Source of the DNA: Planctomycetota bacterium
GTDB lineage: Bacteria; Planctomycetota; SZUA-567
Direction of reading: 5' to 3'
Assembly (NCBI GenBank): GCA_963667375.1
Contig: OY763323.1
Location: 2,405,980-2,469,979 of the forward strand
Length of the DNA stretch: 64,000 bases
The translations under genes were made by a program, and so were the position numbers. Below, one piece after another: positions 46,726 through 56,096 of this stretch. The notes below the pieces were generated by a model. The model did not search any database. It saw only the letters and a list, made by a program, of their open reading frames with translations, and had not been told where the DNA came from. Within the stretch, counting starts at the first letter, position 1. Each line of letters begins with the position of its first letter.

Positions 46726-46786
46726 GTGGAATACTCCTGGTTTGGTTGTGGATATAAGAAACTTTCAAAGTTGGTGGTAAAAAAGG

Positions 46787-47611
46787 TTATGCATTAAGGA
46801 AGCTGTTGAGTTCTGCCAGTGCGGTCGCATATTCATCATCCTTTGGAACCCCATGATGCCATTTCGCATTGTTTTCCATAAATGAAACGCCCTTACCCTT
46901 GGTGGTTTTGGCGATAAGAACGGTAGGCTTCTCACCTGAGTAGTCAATAGATTCGAGGGTGCTGCAGAGTTCTGAGATATTGTTTCCAGCGACATCAAGC
47001 GTGTTCCAGCCAAAACTTTCGTATTTATCTGCCAATGGATCAATTGACATTACTTTCTCGGTATTGCCACTTATCTGAAGATAGTTTCTATCAACAATCG
47101 CAACCAGATTACCCAGTTTATAATGTCCGGCTGCCATCGCTGCTTCCCAGATTGAACCTTCCGCCTGTTCACCATCTCCCATAAGGGTGAATACACGATG
47201 CTGCTGGCCGAGTTTCTTTGCTGCAATTGCCATTCCCACACCGACAGAGAGCCCGTGTCCAAGCGCGCCGGTGTTCATTTCAATTCCCGGAACCTTGCGT
47301 GTCGGGTGACCGATAAGTCGTGATTTGTAAGCCGAGAAGGTTGCAAGTTCTGACTCAGGAAAAAAGCCGAGATCGGCAAGGATGCAGAGATAGCCTTCAA
47401 CAGAGTGACCTTTACTGAGAAGGAAGCGGTCTCTCTCTGCCCAGTCAGGCTTGTTGGCATCAATTTTCATAATCCGATAGAATAAGGAAACAAGAATGTC
47501 AACCGATGAAAGGGCACCTCCAGTATGTCCGGTTTTAGCTGTTTTAATCATTTTTATCAGGTTAATTCGTATTTTGGTCGCTTTTGTCGTCAGGTCTTTT
47601 AAATTATCCAT
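46787..47611 (-). CDS. Transketolase, N-terminal (TPP-binding) subunit of a split enzyme
   Basis: 274 aa. GHTGGALSSVDILVSLF, SKGH and GDGEQAEGSIWEAA (TPP motif GDG...E). Confidence 0.9.
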   Translation of the reverse strand: MDNLKDLTTKATKIRINLIKMIKTAKTGHTGGALSSVDILVSLFYRIMKIDANKPDWAERDRFLLSKGHSVEGYLCILADLGFFPESELATFSAYKSRLIGHPTRKVPGIEMNTGALGHGLSVGVGMAIAAKKLGQQHRVFTLMGDGEQAEGSIWEAAMAAGHYKLGNLVAIVDRNYLQISGNTEKVMSIDPLADKYESFGWNTLDVAGNNISELCSTLESIDYSGEKPTVLIAKTTKGKGVSFMENNAKWHHGVPKDDEYATALAELNSFLNA

Positions 47612-48296
47612 ATTTCTTCCTTATGCATTGTAAAAACAGTTTGATTAAGCCTATAAAAAAAATATATATATTCAAATTCTGTTATATTGTAAAGTTAATG
47701 TTAAGTAAATTATATATATGGAATATTATCATATAAATCATGTTAGTCAACGTTTAGAAGAAAATAATTTACTAAATAGTTTTTAAATTATGAAATTATT
47801 TAGTAAAATCATACGATAAATTTCTGTCGATTATAAAAAAATAATTTTATATAATCTTTTATTATAGGTGTTTATGTGGTTTATTAAATTTTTATTGCTT
47901 TTATAAATTGACTAAGAAATAAATTGTGATAAATTTAAAATATCAAGCAGGCAGTGATTTAATAAATATTATAGTAATTTATTGATATTTATCTGTAAAT
48001 TTTTGCCAAGTCATTTCCAAGTATCAAACATATATAAGTGTGTTCGTGTGTGAATAAAGGTGTGAATTCTGAGTTAATGCCAGTTTTTAATAAAATATTT
48101 TTATATGTTTATTAAAATAACTAGGGTGTTGATAAGGCTAATTTTGTGTCTTTGTGTGGTGATCATTCATAAATAATCTCAAGAATTTAATAAAATTTAT
48201 TTCAGGTGTTAAGTTGAAAGTCGAGTATCAAAGACTTCGTTGTTGATAGGGGTTTTGGGTGTTTAAAGAGTTAACGTATAAAGATTTGGAGATAGT

Positions 48297-49241
48297 ATGA
48301 AACTCAGTAAGTTTAAAGGCGGAGTGCATGGGTCGCTTTTCGGATTGATTTTACTAATTGTGGTCTTCTCGTTTGCTTCAAAGTATTTTTTCTCGGTCAG
48401 GAATGCTTTGAATATTCTTGATCAGGTAACAATGCTGGGAATTATGGCTCTGGGTATGACTGCTGTTATTATTATCGGTGGAATTGACCTTTCGGTGGGT
48501 TCAGTGCTGGCTTTTTCAATGATGTCTATGGGGTATGCCGAGCGCTTTCTCGGGCTTCCTCTGGAGTTGGCGATAATAATTGGAATATTGATTGGCGGTC
48601 TTTGCGGTCTGGCTTCTGGTCTGCTTATTACCAAGGCGAAGCTTCCGCCGTTTATTGCGACACTTGCTTTAATGTCAATTGCCCGTGGTGCTGCAAATAT
48701 TATGACCGACGGACGTCAGGTGGTAGGATATCCTGACTGGTTCACCAATTTCGCAACTGTCCGTCACTTCGGGGTTTTTTCTACAACCATGATTCTGTTT
48801 ATTGTGCTGTCAATTGTTGCCTGGCTGTATCTTAGTTTTAGAGCTAATGGGCGTAGTTTATATGCAATTGGCGGCAGTGAAGAGGTTGCAAGACTATCAG
48901 GTATTAATGTGCAGCTTATTACTGTACTTGTTTATACCGCTTCCGGTCTGTTGTCTGGTATTGCTGCTATGACGCTGGCGGCCAGACTTGATTCTTCTCA
49001 GCCTAGTGCTGGTCTTGGTCTGGAGCTTGACTGTATCGCTGCGGTTGTGATTGGTGGTGCAAGTCTCAGCGGTGGTGTTGGAAGTATCGCCGGAACCGTT
49101 ATCGGTGTGTTTATTATCGGCGTGCTGCGTAACGGTCTGAACCTTATCGGTGTCTCACCATTCGCGCAGCAGATCGTTATCGGTGTGGTTATTGCTGTGG
49201 CTGTGGCGTTTGATACACTCGGGCGTAACCGCAGAAAATAG
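48297..49241 (+). CDS. Sugar ABC transporter permease (RbsC/AraH-type)
   Basis: 314 aa, polytopic. IGGIDLSVGSV and the GG(S/T)SLSGG motif. GGAG SD. Confidence 0.85.
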   Translation: MKLSKFKGGVHGSLFGLILLIVVFSFASKYFFSVRNALNILDQVTMLGIMALGMTAVIIIGGIDLSVGSVLAFSMMSMGYAERFLGLPLELAIIIGILIGGLCGLASGLLITKAKLPPFIATLALMSIARGAANIMTDGRQVVGYPDWFTNFATVRHFGVFSTTMILFIVLSIVAWLYLSFRANGRSLYAIGGSEEVARLSGINVQLITVLVYTASGLLSGIAAMTLAARLDSSQPSAGLGLELDCIAAVVIGGASLSGGVGSIAGTVIGVFIIGVLRNGLNLIGVSPFAQQIVIGVVIAVAVAFDTLGRNRRK

Positions 49242-49397
49242 CAATAATCCGCAGTCTGATCAAGTCGGGTAAGCTGTCAGAAAATTTATTTGTTAATTAT
49301 ATTAGGGTGTTTTGTGAATGGAATAGAGGTGTTGTCCATTTGGTGGAAGATTCTATTTCATGGTTAAATGTGTTTGATATTAATTTAGGAGAATGTT

Positions 49398-50336
49398 ATG
49401 AAAACAAGTTTCAAGATGTTCGTGCTAACCCTCTGTGTGATGTGTCTCTGTGCATTCGCTGCTAATGCGAAGGAAAATAAGGATATTACTCTAGGGCTGG
49501 CAGTTGCAAACCTTCAGGCAGATTTCTTCAATCAGATAAAGCAGTCTGTCTGCGATGAAGCTGATAGAATCGGCGTAAAGGTGTTCACTGTTGATGCTAG
49601 AGGTGATTCTGCAACTCAGGTAAATCAGATTCAGGATCTGATTACCAAGGAAGTGGATGCTATTATTTATATTCCTGCAGGTGCTACAGCTGCTAGTGTT
49701 CCGGTAAAGGCTGCGCAGAAAGCAGGTATTCCTGTAATTACCGTTGACCGTAATCCAGCAGATGCTCCTGGTAACAGTTTTATTGCTACTGACAGTGTCG
49801 CCGCTGCCAAAGAACTTGGTGAGTGGGTTGTTAAAAAGACCGGTGGCAAGGCCCGTATCGGTGTTATTCAGGGACAGATTGGAACAACTCCTGAAATCGA
49901 CCGTAACACAGGTTTCAATGAAGCACTTGCAGGAAACCCAGGAATGGAGATAGTTGCCAAGCAGGCAAGTAATATGTGGATGCAGGATGAAGGTTTCAAG
50001 ATTGCTCAGGATATGCTGCAGCGTGATCCAGAGATTGATGTCTTCTTCGGTAGAGCTGATGCTCTGGCTTTAGGCGCGGCTCAGGCTGTAAAAGTTGCTA
50101 ACCTTCCTCATGAGGTTCTTATTGTTGGTTTTGATGGTGATCTGGCTGGACTCGAAGCAGTTAAGAAAGGTGTACTTGACGCTACTATGACTCAGCAGAC
50201 ACAGTTCATGGGAAGACTGGCAATTCGTTCCGCTATTGACTGTATAAATGGTCTGTATGTTCCAGCTACTCAGCTGCAGAACGCAACACTGACAACTAAA
50301 GATAATGTTGATCAGTTCATCAAGACTCATCCATAA
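49398..50336 (+). CDS. Sugar ABC transporter substrate-binding protein (RbsB-like, PBP type I)
   Basis: Signal peptide (LTLCVMCLCAFAANA). FFNQIK...AGIPVITVDR...VGFDG pattern. AGGAG SD. Confidence 0.85.
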   Translation: MKTSFKMFVLTLCVMCLCAFAANAKENKDITLGLAVANLQADFFNQIKQSVCDEADRIGVKVFTVDARGDSATQVNQIQDLITKEVDAIIYIPAGATAASVPVKAAQKAGIPVITVDRNPADAPGNSFIATDSVAAAKELGEWVVKKTGGKARIGVIQGQIGTTPEIDRNTGFNEALAGNPGMEIVAKQASNMWMQDEGFKIAQDMLQRDPEIDVFFGRADALALGAAQAVKVANLPHEVLIVGFDGDLAGLEAVKKGVLDATMTQQTQFMGRLAIRSAIDCINGLYVPATQLQNATLTTKDNVDQFIKTHP

Positions 50337-50648
50337 TTCATAAGATGGCACCAACACGCAAAATGAAGTAAAACAGCACACGATAGTGAGCCCGGAAAAT
50401 CGGGAAACTAATTAACCGGGCTCATGATCCAATTGAAATAAATCAGGATTAAATGGTCGTATGTATAGAGACCGGCCGGTAACCTTGAAGCGTATACCGG
50501 AGTTTTTCCAGACTATTATAGCCGGGTAATCAGGCCTGAATTTATTTGAGCGCGTTGAGCAGATGTTAGAGGAATACTGGCTGAAATGATGTGACAGTTC
50601 TACAGATTTTGAAATGTTACAAATATATTTTTACAAAAGGCTAAATTC

Positions 50649-52181
50649 ATGACTGTACAAGAAGATATTAAGATAGCTTCTGATTCGGAACTTAAAATCT
50701 CTCCGGATGGGTTGTCTATTCGCGGTATATCAAAATGTTATTTTGGCATTCCTGTGCTGCAGGATATTAATATTAATATTGAACCTGGTGAAGTTGTAGC
50801 GCTTCTGGGCGAGAATGGAGCGGGTAAATCTACTTTGTCCGGTATTATAGCCGGGGTTATTCAGCCGGAACCGGAAGGAAAGATGTACTGGCAGGGGGAA
50901 CCGTATGCACCGCAGTCTCCGGGAGAGGCACATGCAGCAGGTATAGGACTGATTCATCAGGAATTACGGCTTCTGCCTGATCTTAGTATTGCTGAGAATG
51001 TTTTTGTCGGTAAACTTCCCGAAAAAAACGGGGTAGTCGATAGAAAGAAAATGAATGAACTGGCTGGTGAGCAGTTGCGAAGACTAGGTCTTGATGTCTC
51101 GCCAACGCAAAAGGTTTCTACCCTCAGAGTCGCGGCGCAGCAGCAGGTTGAGATTGCAAAAGCACTTACTCTTAACGCCAAGCTTATTATTCTTGACGAA
51201 CCGACTGCAGCTTTAGGCGGCGAGGAGACTGAGAAGCTGTTTGAGCAGATTGAAAAATTAAAGAAAGAGGGGATGTCTTTTATATATATAAGTCACCGGC
51301 TTGAGGAAATATCTCGAATCGCGGATCGTATCGTGGTACTGCGTGACGGCATGCAGATAGCGGTTCATGAAACCGCTCAGGTTGATATGAATATCGTGAT
51401 TTCAGAGATGGTTGGCCGGAGTGTTGATCGTCTCTTCCCTGAAGCTTGTATTGAGCATGGCGATGTCGTACTCAAGGTTGATAATCTTACCGCACCAGAT
51501 AGTTCATTTCAGGATATAAGTTTTGAAGTACATGCCGGTGAGATATTTGGTATCTCAGGAATTGTCGGAGCAGGAAGAACCGAATTAATCCGCGCCATTT
51601 GTCAGGTTGATCCGATTGAAAGCGGTGAAGTTACGCTCAATGGAAAATCGCTGCTGGGTATTGGACCGAGAAATGCCATTAAAGAGGGTATCGTGCTGAT
51701 TCCTGAAGACAGAAAGCATGATGGCCTGATTATCGATCATACGATTGCCGAAAATATGTCGTATGGAAATTTCGATATCTTCGGTAATAAGGGCTGGGTC
51801 ACGCCAAAAAAGAAGACCGAGTTTTCAAAGCGTCATAGCGAAAGAATGAATGTTAAAGGATTGCCGCATCATAAAGTAAGTTCGCTATCAGGTGGTAATC
51901 AGCAGAAGGTGGTTATTGCCAAGTGGATTTCTAGAAACCCCAAGGTGTTTGTTCTGGATGAACCTACACGCGGAATTGATGTCGGTGCAAGGTCTGCTAT
52001 CTACGATGTCATTGCCGGTCTGGCGAAGAAAGGGATGGCGGTGGTAATTGTAAGTTCTGATCTGGAAGAAATACTTGGTTTGTCACATAGGATTATGGTT
52101 TTAGCCAGAGGGAGAAATCAGGGTGTTCTCTCCAGAGATGAAGCTACCAGTATCAAGGTTATGGCGCTGGCGACTAAGTAA
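50649..52181 (+). CDS. Sugar ABC transporter ATP-binding protein with duplicated ATPase domains (RbsA-like)
   Basis: 510 aa. Walker A GENGAGKST and Walker B ILDEPTAAL in the first domain. LSGGNQQKV and LDEPTRGIDVGA in the second. Confidence 0.9.
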   Translation: MTVQEDIKIASDSELKISPDGLSIRGISKCYFGIPVLQDININIEPGEVVALLGENGAGKSTLSGIIAGVIQPEPEGKMYWQGEPYAPQSPGEAHAAGIGLIHQELRLLPDLSIAENVFVGKLPEKNGVVDRKKMNELAGEQLRRLGLDVSPTQKVSTLRVAAQQQVEIAKALTLNAKLIILDEPTAALGGEETEKLFEQIEKLKKEGMSFIYISHRLEEISRIADRIVVLRDGMQIAVHETAQVDMNIVISEMVGRSVDRLFPEACIEHGDVVLKVDNLTAPDSSFQDISFEVHAGEIFGISGIVGAGRTELIRAICQVDPIESGEVTLNGKSLLGIGPRNAIKEGIVLIPEDRKHDGLIIDHTIAENMSYGNFDIFGNKGWVTPKKKTEFSKRHSERMNVKGLPHHKVSSLSGGNQQKVVIAKWISRNPKVFVLDEPTRGIDVGARSAIYDVIAGLAKKGMAVVIVSSDLEEILGLSHRIMVLARGRNQGVLSRDEATSIKVMALATK

Positions 52182-52226
52182 GTCATTTTTATTTGCTGAA
52201 TTTATCAACTCTGAAAGGAATAAATT

Positions 52227-52991
52227 ATGGAAATATTCAGTTTGAAGGGCGAAGTAGCTTTGGTTACTGGAGCTGGTTCTGGAATCGGGCAGGCTATTGC
52301 AGTTGAAATAGCTAAATGCGGAGCGGATGTTGCTTTATTCGATCTAAATAACGGCGATGGGTTGCAGGAGACTAAAAGACGGGTCGAGGCTACCGGTCAG
52401 AAAGCATTATGCCTGACCGGTGATGTAACGGTAGAAGAGGATATGGTCAAGGCGGTGGCAGAGGTCGAGGAGAAACTTGGGGAACTGACCATTGCTGTAA
52501 ACAGTGCCGGCATTGCCAATGCTGCTCCGGCTGAGGAGATGGAACTTGCACAGTGGGAGAAAATGCTGAAAGTTGATCTTACCGGGGTATTTCTCTCCTG
52601 TAAGGCCGAGGCTGGGGTCATGCTCAAACGTAAACGCGGTGCGATTGTGAATATTGCCTCAATGTCTGGAAGTATTGTCAATCGCGGTCTAACTCAGATA
52701 CATTATAATTCAGCAAAAGCCGGGGTTATCCACCTTACCAAGAGTCTGGCAATGGAGTGGTGCGACCGTGGCATACGAGTAAATTCAATCAGTCCAGGAT
52801 ATACCGCATCACCGATGAATACACGTCCAGAGGTGGCGGAGCAGGTGAAGCAGTTTGAATATGAAACACCTATGGCGCGAATGGCGAAATGTGAAGAGAT
52901 GGCAGGGCCGGCAGTCTTTCTGGTCAGCAAGGCTGCATCGTATTGTACCGGAGTTGATCTGCTGGTTGACGGAGGTTTTACCTGCTGGTAA
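52227..52991 (+). CDS. SDR-family oxidoreductase
   Basis: TGAGSGIGQA cofactor motif, NSAG, and catalytic YNSAK. Confidence 0.85.
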   Translation: MEIFSLKGEVALVTGAGSGIGQAIAVEIAKCGADVALFDLNNGDGLQETKRRVEATGQKALCLTGDVTVEEDMVKAVAEVEEKLGELTIAVNSAGIANAAPAEEMELAQWEKMLKVDLTGVFLSCKAEAGVMLKRKRGAIVNIASMSGSIVNRGLTQIHYNSAKAGVIHLTKSLAMEWCDRGIRVNSISPGYTASPMNTRPEVAEQVKQFEYETPMARMAKCEEMAGPAVFLVSKAASYCTGVDLLVDGGFTCW

Positions 52992-53050
52992 CAAGCAGGA
53001 TAAGCAGTCATAGTTTGAGTATATATTATTTTATAGATTGGAAGTGGATT

Positions 53051-53836
53051 ATGAGTGGAAGACATGAGAACAAAGTTGTTGTAATTACCGGAGCTGGAAG
53101 AGGTATTGGCCGTTGTATTGCGAATAAATTTTCTCAGGAAGGGGCAAAGTTAGTCGTTTCATCAATTGAGGATTCGGTACATGAAGTGGCTGCGGAAATC
53201 AATAGTAATGGCGGAGATGCGATCTCAATTATTGCCGATGTGACCAAGAAGGATCAGGTAATCAATATTTTCCAGAAAGCCGAAGACAAATATGGTAAAA
53301 TTGATGTTTCAATACATAACGCCGGTGTTATCAAAATTGATAAACTTGAAAATGTAACCGAAGCTGACTGGGATTTTGTCATGAACGTTAATATCAAGGG
53401 GGTATTCCTCTGCGCGCAGGAAGCCGGGCTGAGGATGCGCAAGTATGGTAACGGTGGTAGAATTATAAATACCGCTTCAGGACAGGCTCGGCAGGGATTT
53501 ATTTACACTCCTTCATACGCGGCAAGTAAGTTTGGAGTTATCGGACTTACTCAGAGTCTGGCCAAGGAACTTGCTAAAGATAAGATTACGGTAAATTCAT
53601 ACTGCCCGGGTATTATTAAGAGCGATATGTGGGATTATAATGACCGGGTGTGGGGGGCGCTGCTGGGAGATTATAAACCGGGGGAACTGATGCAGGAATG
53701 GGTCGATAATATTCCTCTCGGTTATGCCGGTGACGGTACCGAGGTCGCAAACCTTCTGAGTTTTATCGCTTCTGATGAAGCTGAGTATATTACTGGACAG
53801 ACTATTAATATTGACGGCGGCATGTTTATGTCTTGA
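53051..53836 (+). CDS. SDR-family oxidoreductase (polyol / acetoin-reductase-like)
   Basis: TGAGRGIGR, NAG, and catalytic YAASK followed by PGII. I prefer ATG 53051 (MSGRHENKVVVITG). Confidence 0.85.
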   Translation: MSGRHENKVVVITGAGRGIGRCIANKFSQEGAKLVVSSIEDSVHEVAAEINSNGGDAISIIADVTKKDQVINIFQKAEDKYGKIDVSIHNAGVIKIDKLENVTEADWDFVMNVNIKGVFLCAQEAGLRMRKYGNGGRIINTASGQARQGFIYTPSYAASKFGVIGLTQSLAKELAKDKITVNSYCPGIIKSDMWDYNDRVWGALLGDYKPGELMQEWVDNIPLGYAGDGTEVANLLSFIASDEAEYITGQTINIDGGMFMS

Positions 53837-53871
53837 TTCTGTCGTATTCGTAAAAAGCAGTATACTGATTA

Positions 53872-53903
53872 TGTCTCGGGATTACCCCGGGACATTTTTT
53901 TTT
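53872..53903 (+). terminator. Rho-independent terminator closing the ABC-SDR operon
   Basis: Stem tgtctcggg / cccgggaca (9 bp, one G-U pair), followed by a T9 run. Confidence 0.75.
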
Positions 53904-54052
53904 AGGTTTAAAGCTATTGACAAAGTTACTGATAGAATTACAATACCGGTCAGTCGGTATTGAATGGTGATTTTAATTGTTGATAAATCACTGATAACAG
54001 TACCGGTAGTGGCAATACTAGGGTTTTAAAAAAATTATTCTGGAGAATACAG

Positions 54053-54619
54053 ATGCAGATATTGGATGAGAATAAACGTAAAAAAATAATTGCGGCGGCC
54101 GGGAAGCTCTTCGGTAAAAATGATTATCATAGTGTGTGTCTGAGTGAGATCGCTGCTGAGGCGAAAGTAGGTAAAGGCACACTCTATGTGTATTTTAAGA
54201 GTAAGGAGGATTTATTTTCCTGTGTGCGTATTGAAGGGTATACGGATATGTACCGCTATCTTTCCAAAAATATCGATACTCTGAGTGGTGATCCACTGGA
54301 TAATCTTCATAAGATAATATCTGAAACCGTGAAGTACTGCTACCGGAATAAATCTGTGTTCAAACTCTTGCGTGCCGGAACCGGCAGGAAGATGAATCCA
54401 AAGATAAAAGAAACCAGAAAAAAAGTACTGGAATTGACCCGGAGTGTTATTGAAAGCGGTGTCGAAAAAGGGATACTCTGCGACTCCAAACCAGCATATA
54501 CTGCAAATTATCTGTTGGATGTTGTCCGTTCCGGGTTGACTTACAGTGAGGGTAATCTGCCTCAGGAAGAGCTTATTGAGCATATATTTAGTTTTTTCAG
54601 CAGAGCATTGCAAAAATAA
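54053..54619 (+). CDS. TetR/AcrR-family transcriptional regulator
   Basis: 188 aa. N-terminal HTH region YHSVCLSEIAAEAKVGKGTLYVYFKSKEDL. Confidence 0.9.
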   Translation: MQILDENKRKKIIAAAGKLFGKNDYHSVCLSEIAAEAKVGKGTLYVYFKSKEDLFSCVRIEGYTDMYRYLSKNIDTLSGDPLDNLHKIISETVKYCYRNKSVFKLLRAGTGRKMNPKIKETRKKVLELTRSVIESGVEKGILCDSKPAYTANYLLDVVRSGLTYSEGNLPQEELIEHIFSFFSRALQK

Positions 54620-54685
54620 AATAAACATGTTTTCTTGTAAGTTATAATGTAATTTAAGACATTACCGGAGTATGGAGAGAGACTA

Positions 54686-56074
54686 ATGTCGGTTGATCAG
54701 ATTGTAGAAGAGGCTGTGGAAGCCCAGGTTGAGAGTAGAGACAGTACCATTGCAGCTGGTGGTAAACCCAAGAAATCAAAGAATAAATTGTTTATTCTGT
54801 TGGCGGTGATATTAGTGGTGGGTGGATATTGTTATTATAGCTCTCTAAAGTATGTTTCAACAGATGATGCCTTTATTGACGGCAAGATCGTAACTATCAG
54901 TCCGAAGGTGGCTGGTCATGTGGCAAAGGTGTATGTCTCTGACAATCAGTATGTCGAAGCTGGGGAGTTGCTTCTTGAGTTATTCCCTGATGACTACAGT
55001 GCCGATCTGGATGCTGCTAAGGCCAAGTTAACCTCGGCGCAGGCTACGTATGAGTCTAGTAAACTCAATATTGATCTGACGAGTATGTCCTCGAATTCCG
55101 AATACGATCAGGCCAGAGCCAATCTTGCAGCGGCTGAAGCAGAAATTAATATCGTAAAATCGCAGGCGCTGTCTGCTGTAAATGAGCGTGATCAGCAGAA
55201 GGCGAAACTTGATGCTGCTCTTGCTGATCTGGAAAGTGCAAAAATGGACATGCAGGCTGCAGATGAACAGCATGAGCGTGATCTGCATGATTTGAACCGG
55301 AGTCAAAAACTGGTTGGCGCCGGAGCGATAAGCAAGAGAGAGTTCGACCATGCTCAGACAACTGAGAAAATTTCTGCTGCGTCTTTGTCTTCTGCCAAGA
55401 AAGATCTTGATTCTTTTAAAGCACAGGTGGAGCTGGCGCGGGCTGAACTTATGGCAGCAGAGAATAATCTGTTGCAGACAAGCAGAGCAATTGATGAAAA
55501 AGTTGCTGAAGCTGCAGAATCTCGAGCCCGCCTGCAGGCGGCAGCATCAGCACCCACGCAGATAGCACGCAGTAAATCAATGGCAGAGGTTGATCAGGCT
55601 GATGTACAGGAAGCTCAGGCCAATCTTAAACAGGCAGAACTGAATCTGTCATATACAAGGATATATGCACCGGTCTCGGGGGTGGTGACTTCGAAAAATG
55701 TCGAGCAGGGAGTCTATGTCAAGGTTGGGCAGTCATTGCTGGCATTGGTATCGAAAGAGCTCTGGGTTACAGCGAACTTTAAGGAGACACAGTTAGAGCA
55801 TATGCATCCGGGGCAAACCGTTAATATTACTGTTGATGCTTACCCAGATATTAAAATCACCGGTAAAGTTGACAGTATTCAGCATGGGACGGGAGCGGCG
55901 TTCAGTCTGCTGCCACCGGATAATGCAACTGGAAATTTTGTTAAAGTTGTACAGCGGGTTCCGGTAAAGATCGTTTTTGACAACCGTACTATCGTCGGCG
56001 GTATTGTTCTCGGACCGGGAATGTCGGTGGTGCCCGAGGTTAATGTGTCAGGTGAGAGTGTAGCTGCACAATGA
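54686..56074 (+). CDS. HlyD/EmrA-family membrane fusion protein
   Basis: N-terminal TM, a lipoyl-like motif (ISPKVAGHVAKVYVSDNQYVEAGELL), a long Ala/Gln-rich coiled coil, and YTRIYAPVSGVVT. Confidence 0.9.
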   Translation: MSVDQIVEEAVEAQVESRDSTIAAGGKPKKSKNKLFILLAVILVVGGYCYYSSLKYVSTDDAFIDGKIVTISPKVAGHVAKVYVSDNQYVEAGELLLELFPDDYSADLDAAKAKLTSAQATYESSKLNIDLTSMSSNSEYDQARANLAAAEAEINIVKSQALSAVNERDQQKAKLDAALADLESAKMDMQAADEQHERDLHDLNRSQKLVGAGAISKREFDHAQTTEKISAASLSSAKKDLDSFKAQVELARAELMAAENNLLQTSRAIDEKVAEAAESRARLQAAASAPTQIARSKSMAEVDQADVQEAQANLKQAELNLSYTRIYAPVSGVVTSKNVEQGVYVKVGQSLLALVSKELWVTANFKETQLEHMHPGQTVNITVDAYPDIKITGKVDSIQHGTGAAFSLLPPDNATGNFVKVVQRVPVKIVFDNRTIVGGIVLGPGMSVVPEVNVSGESVAAQ

Positions 56075-56096
56075 TACTGCAGAGAGTGAGGCAGAA

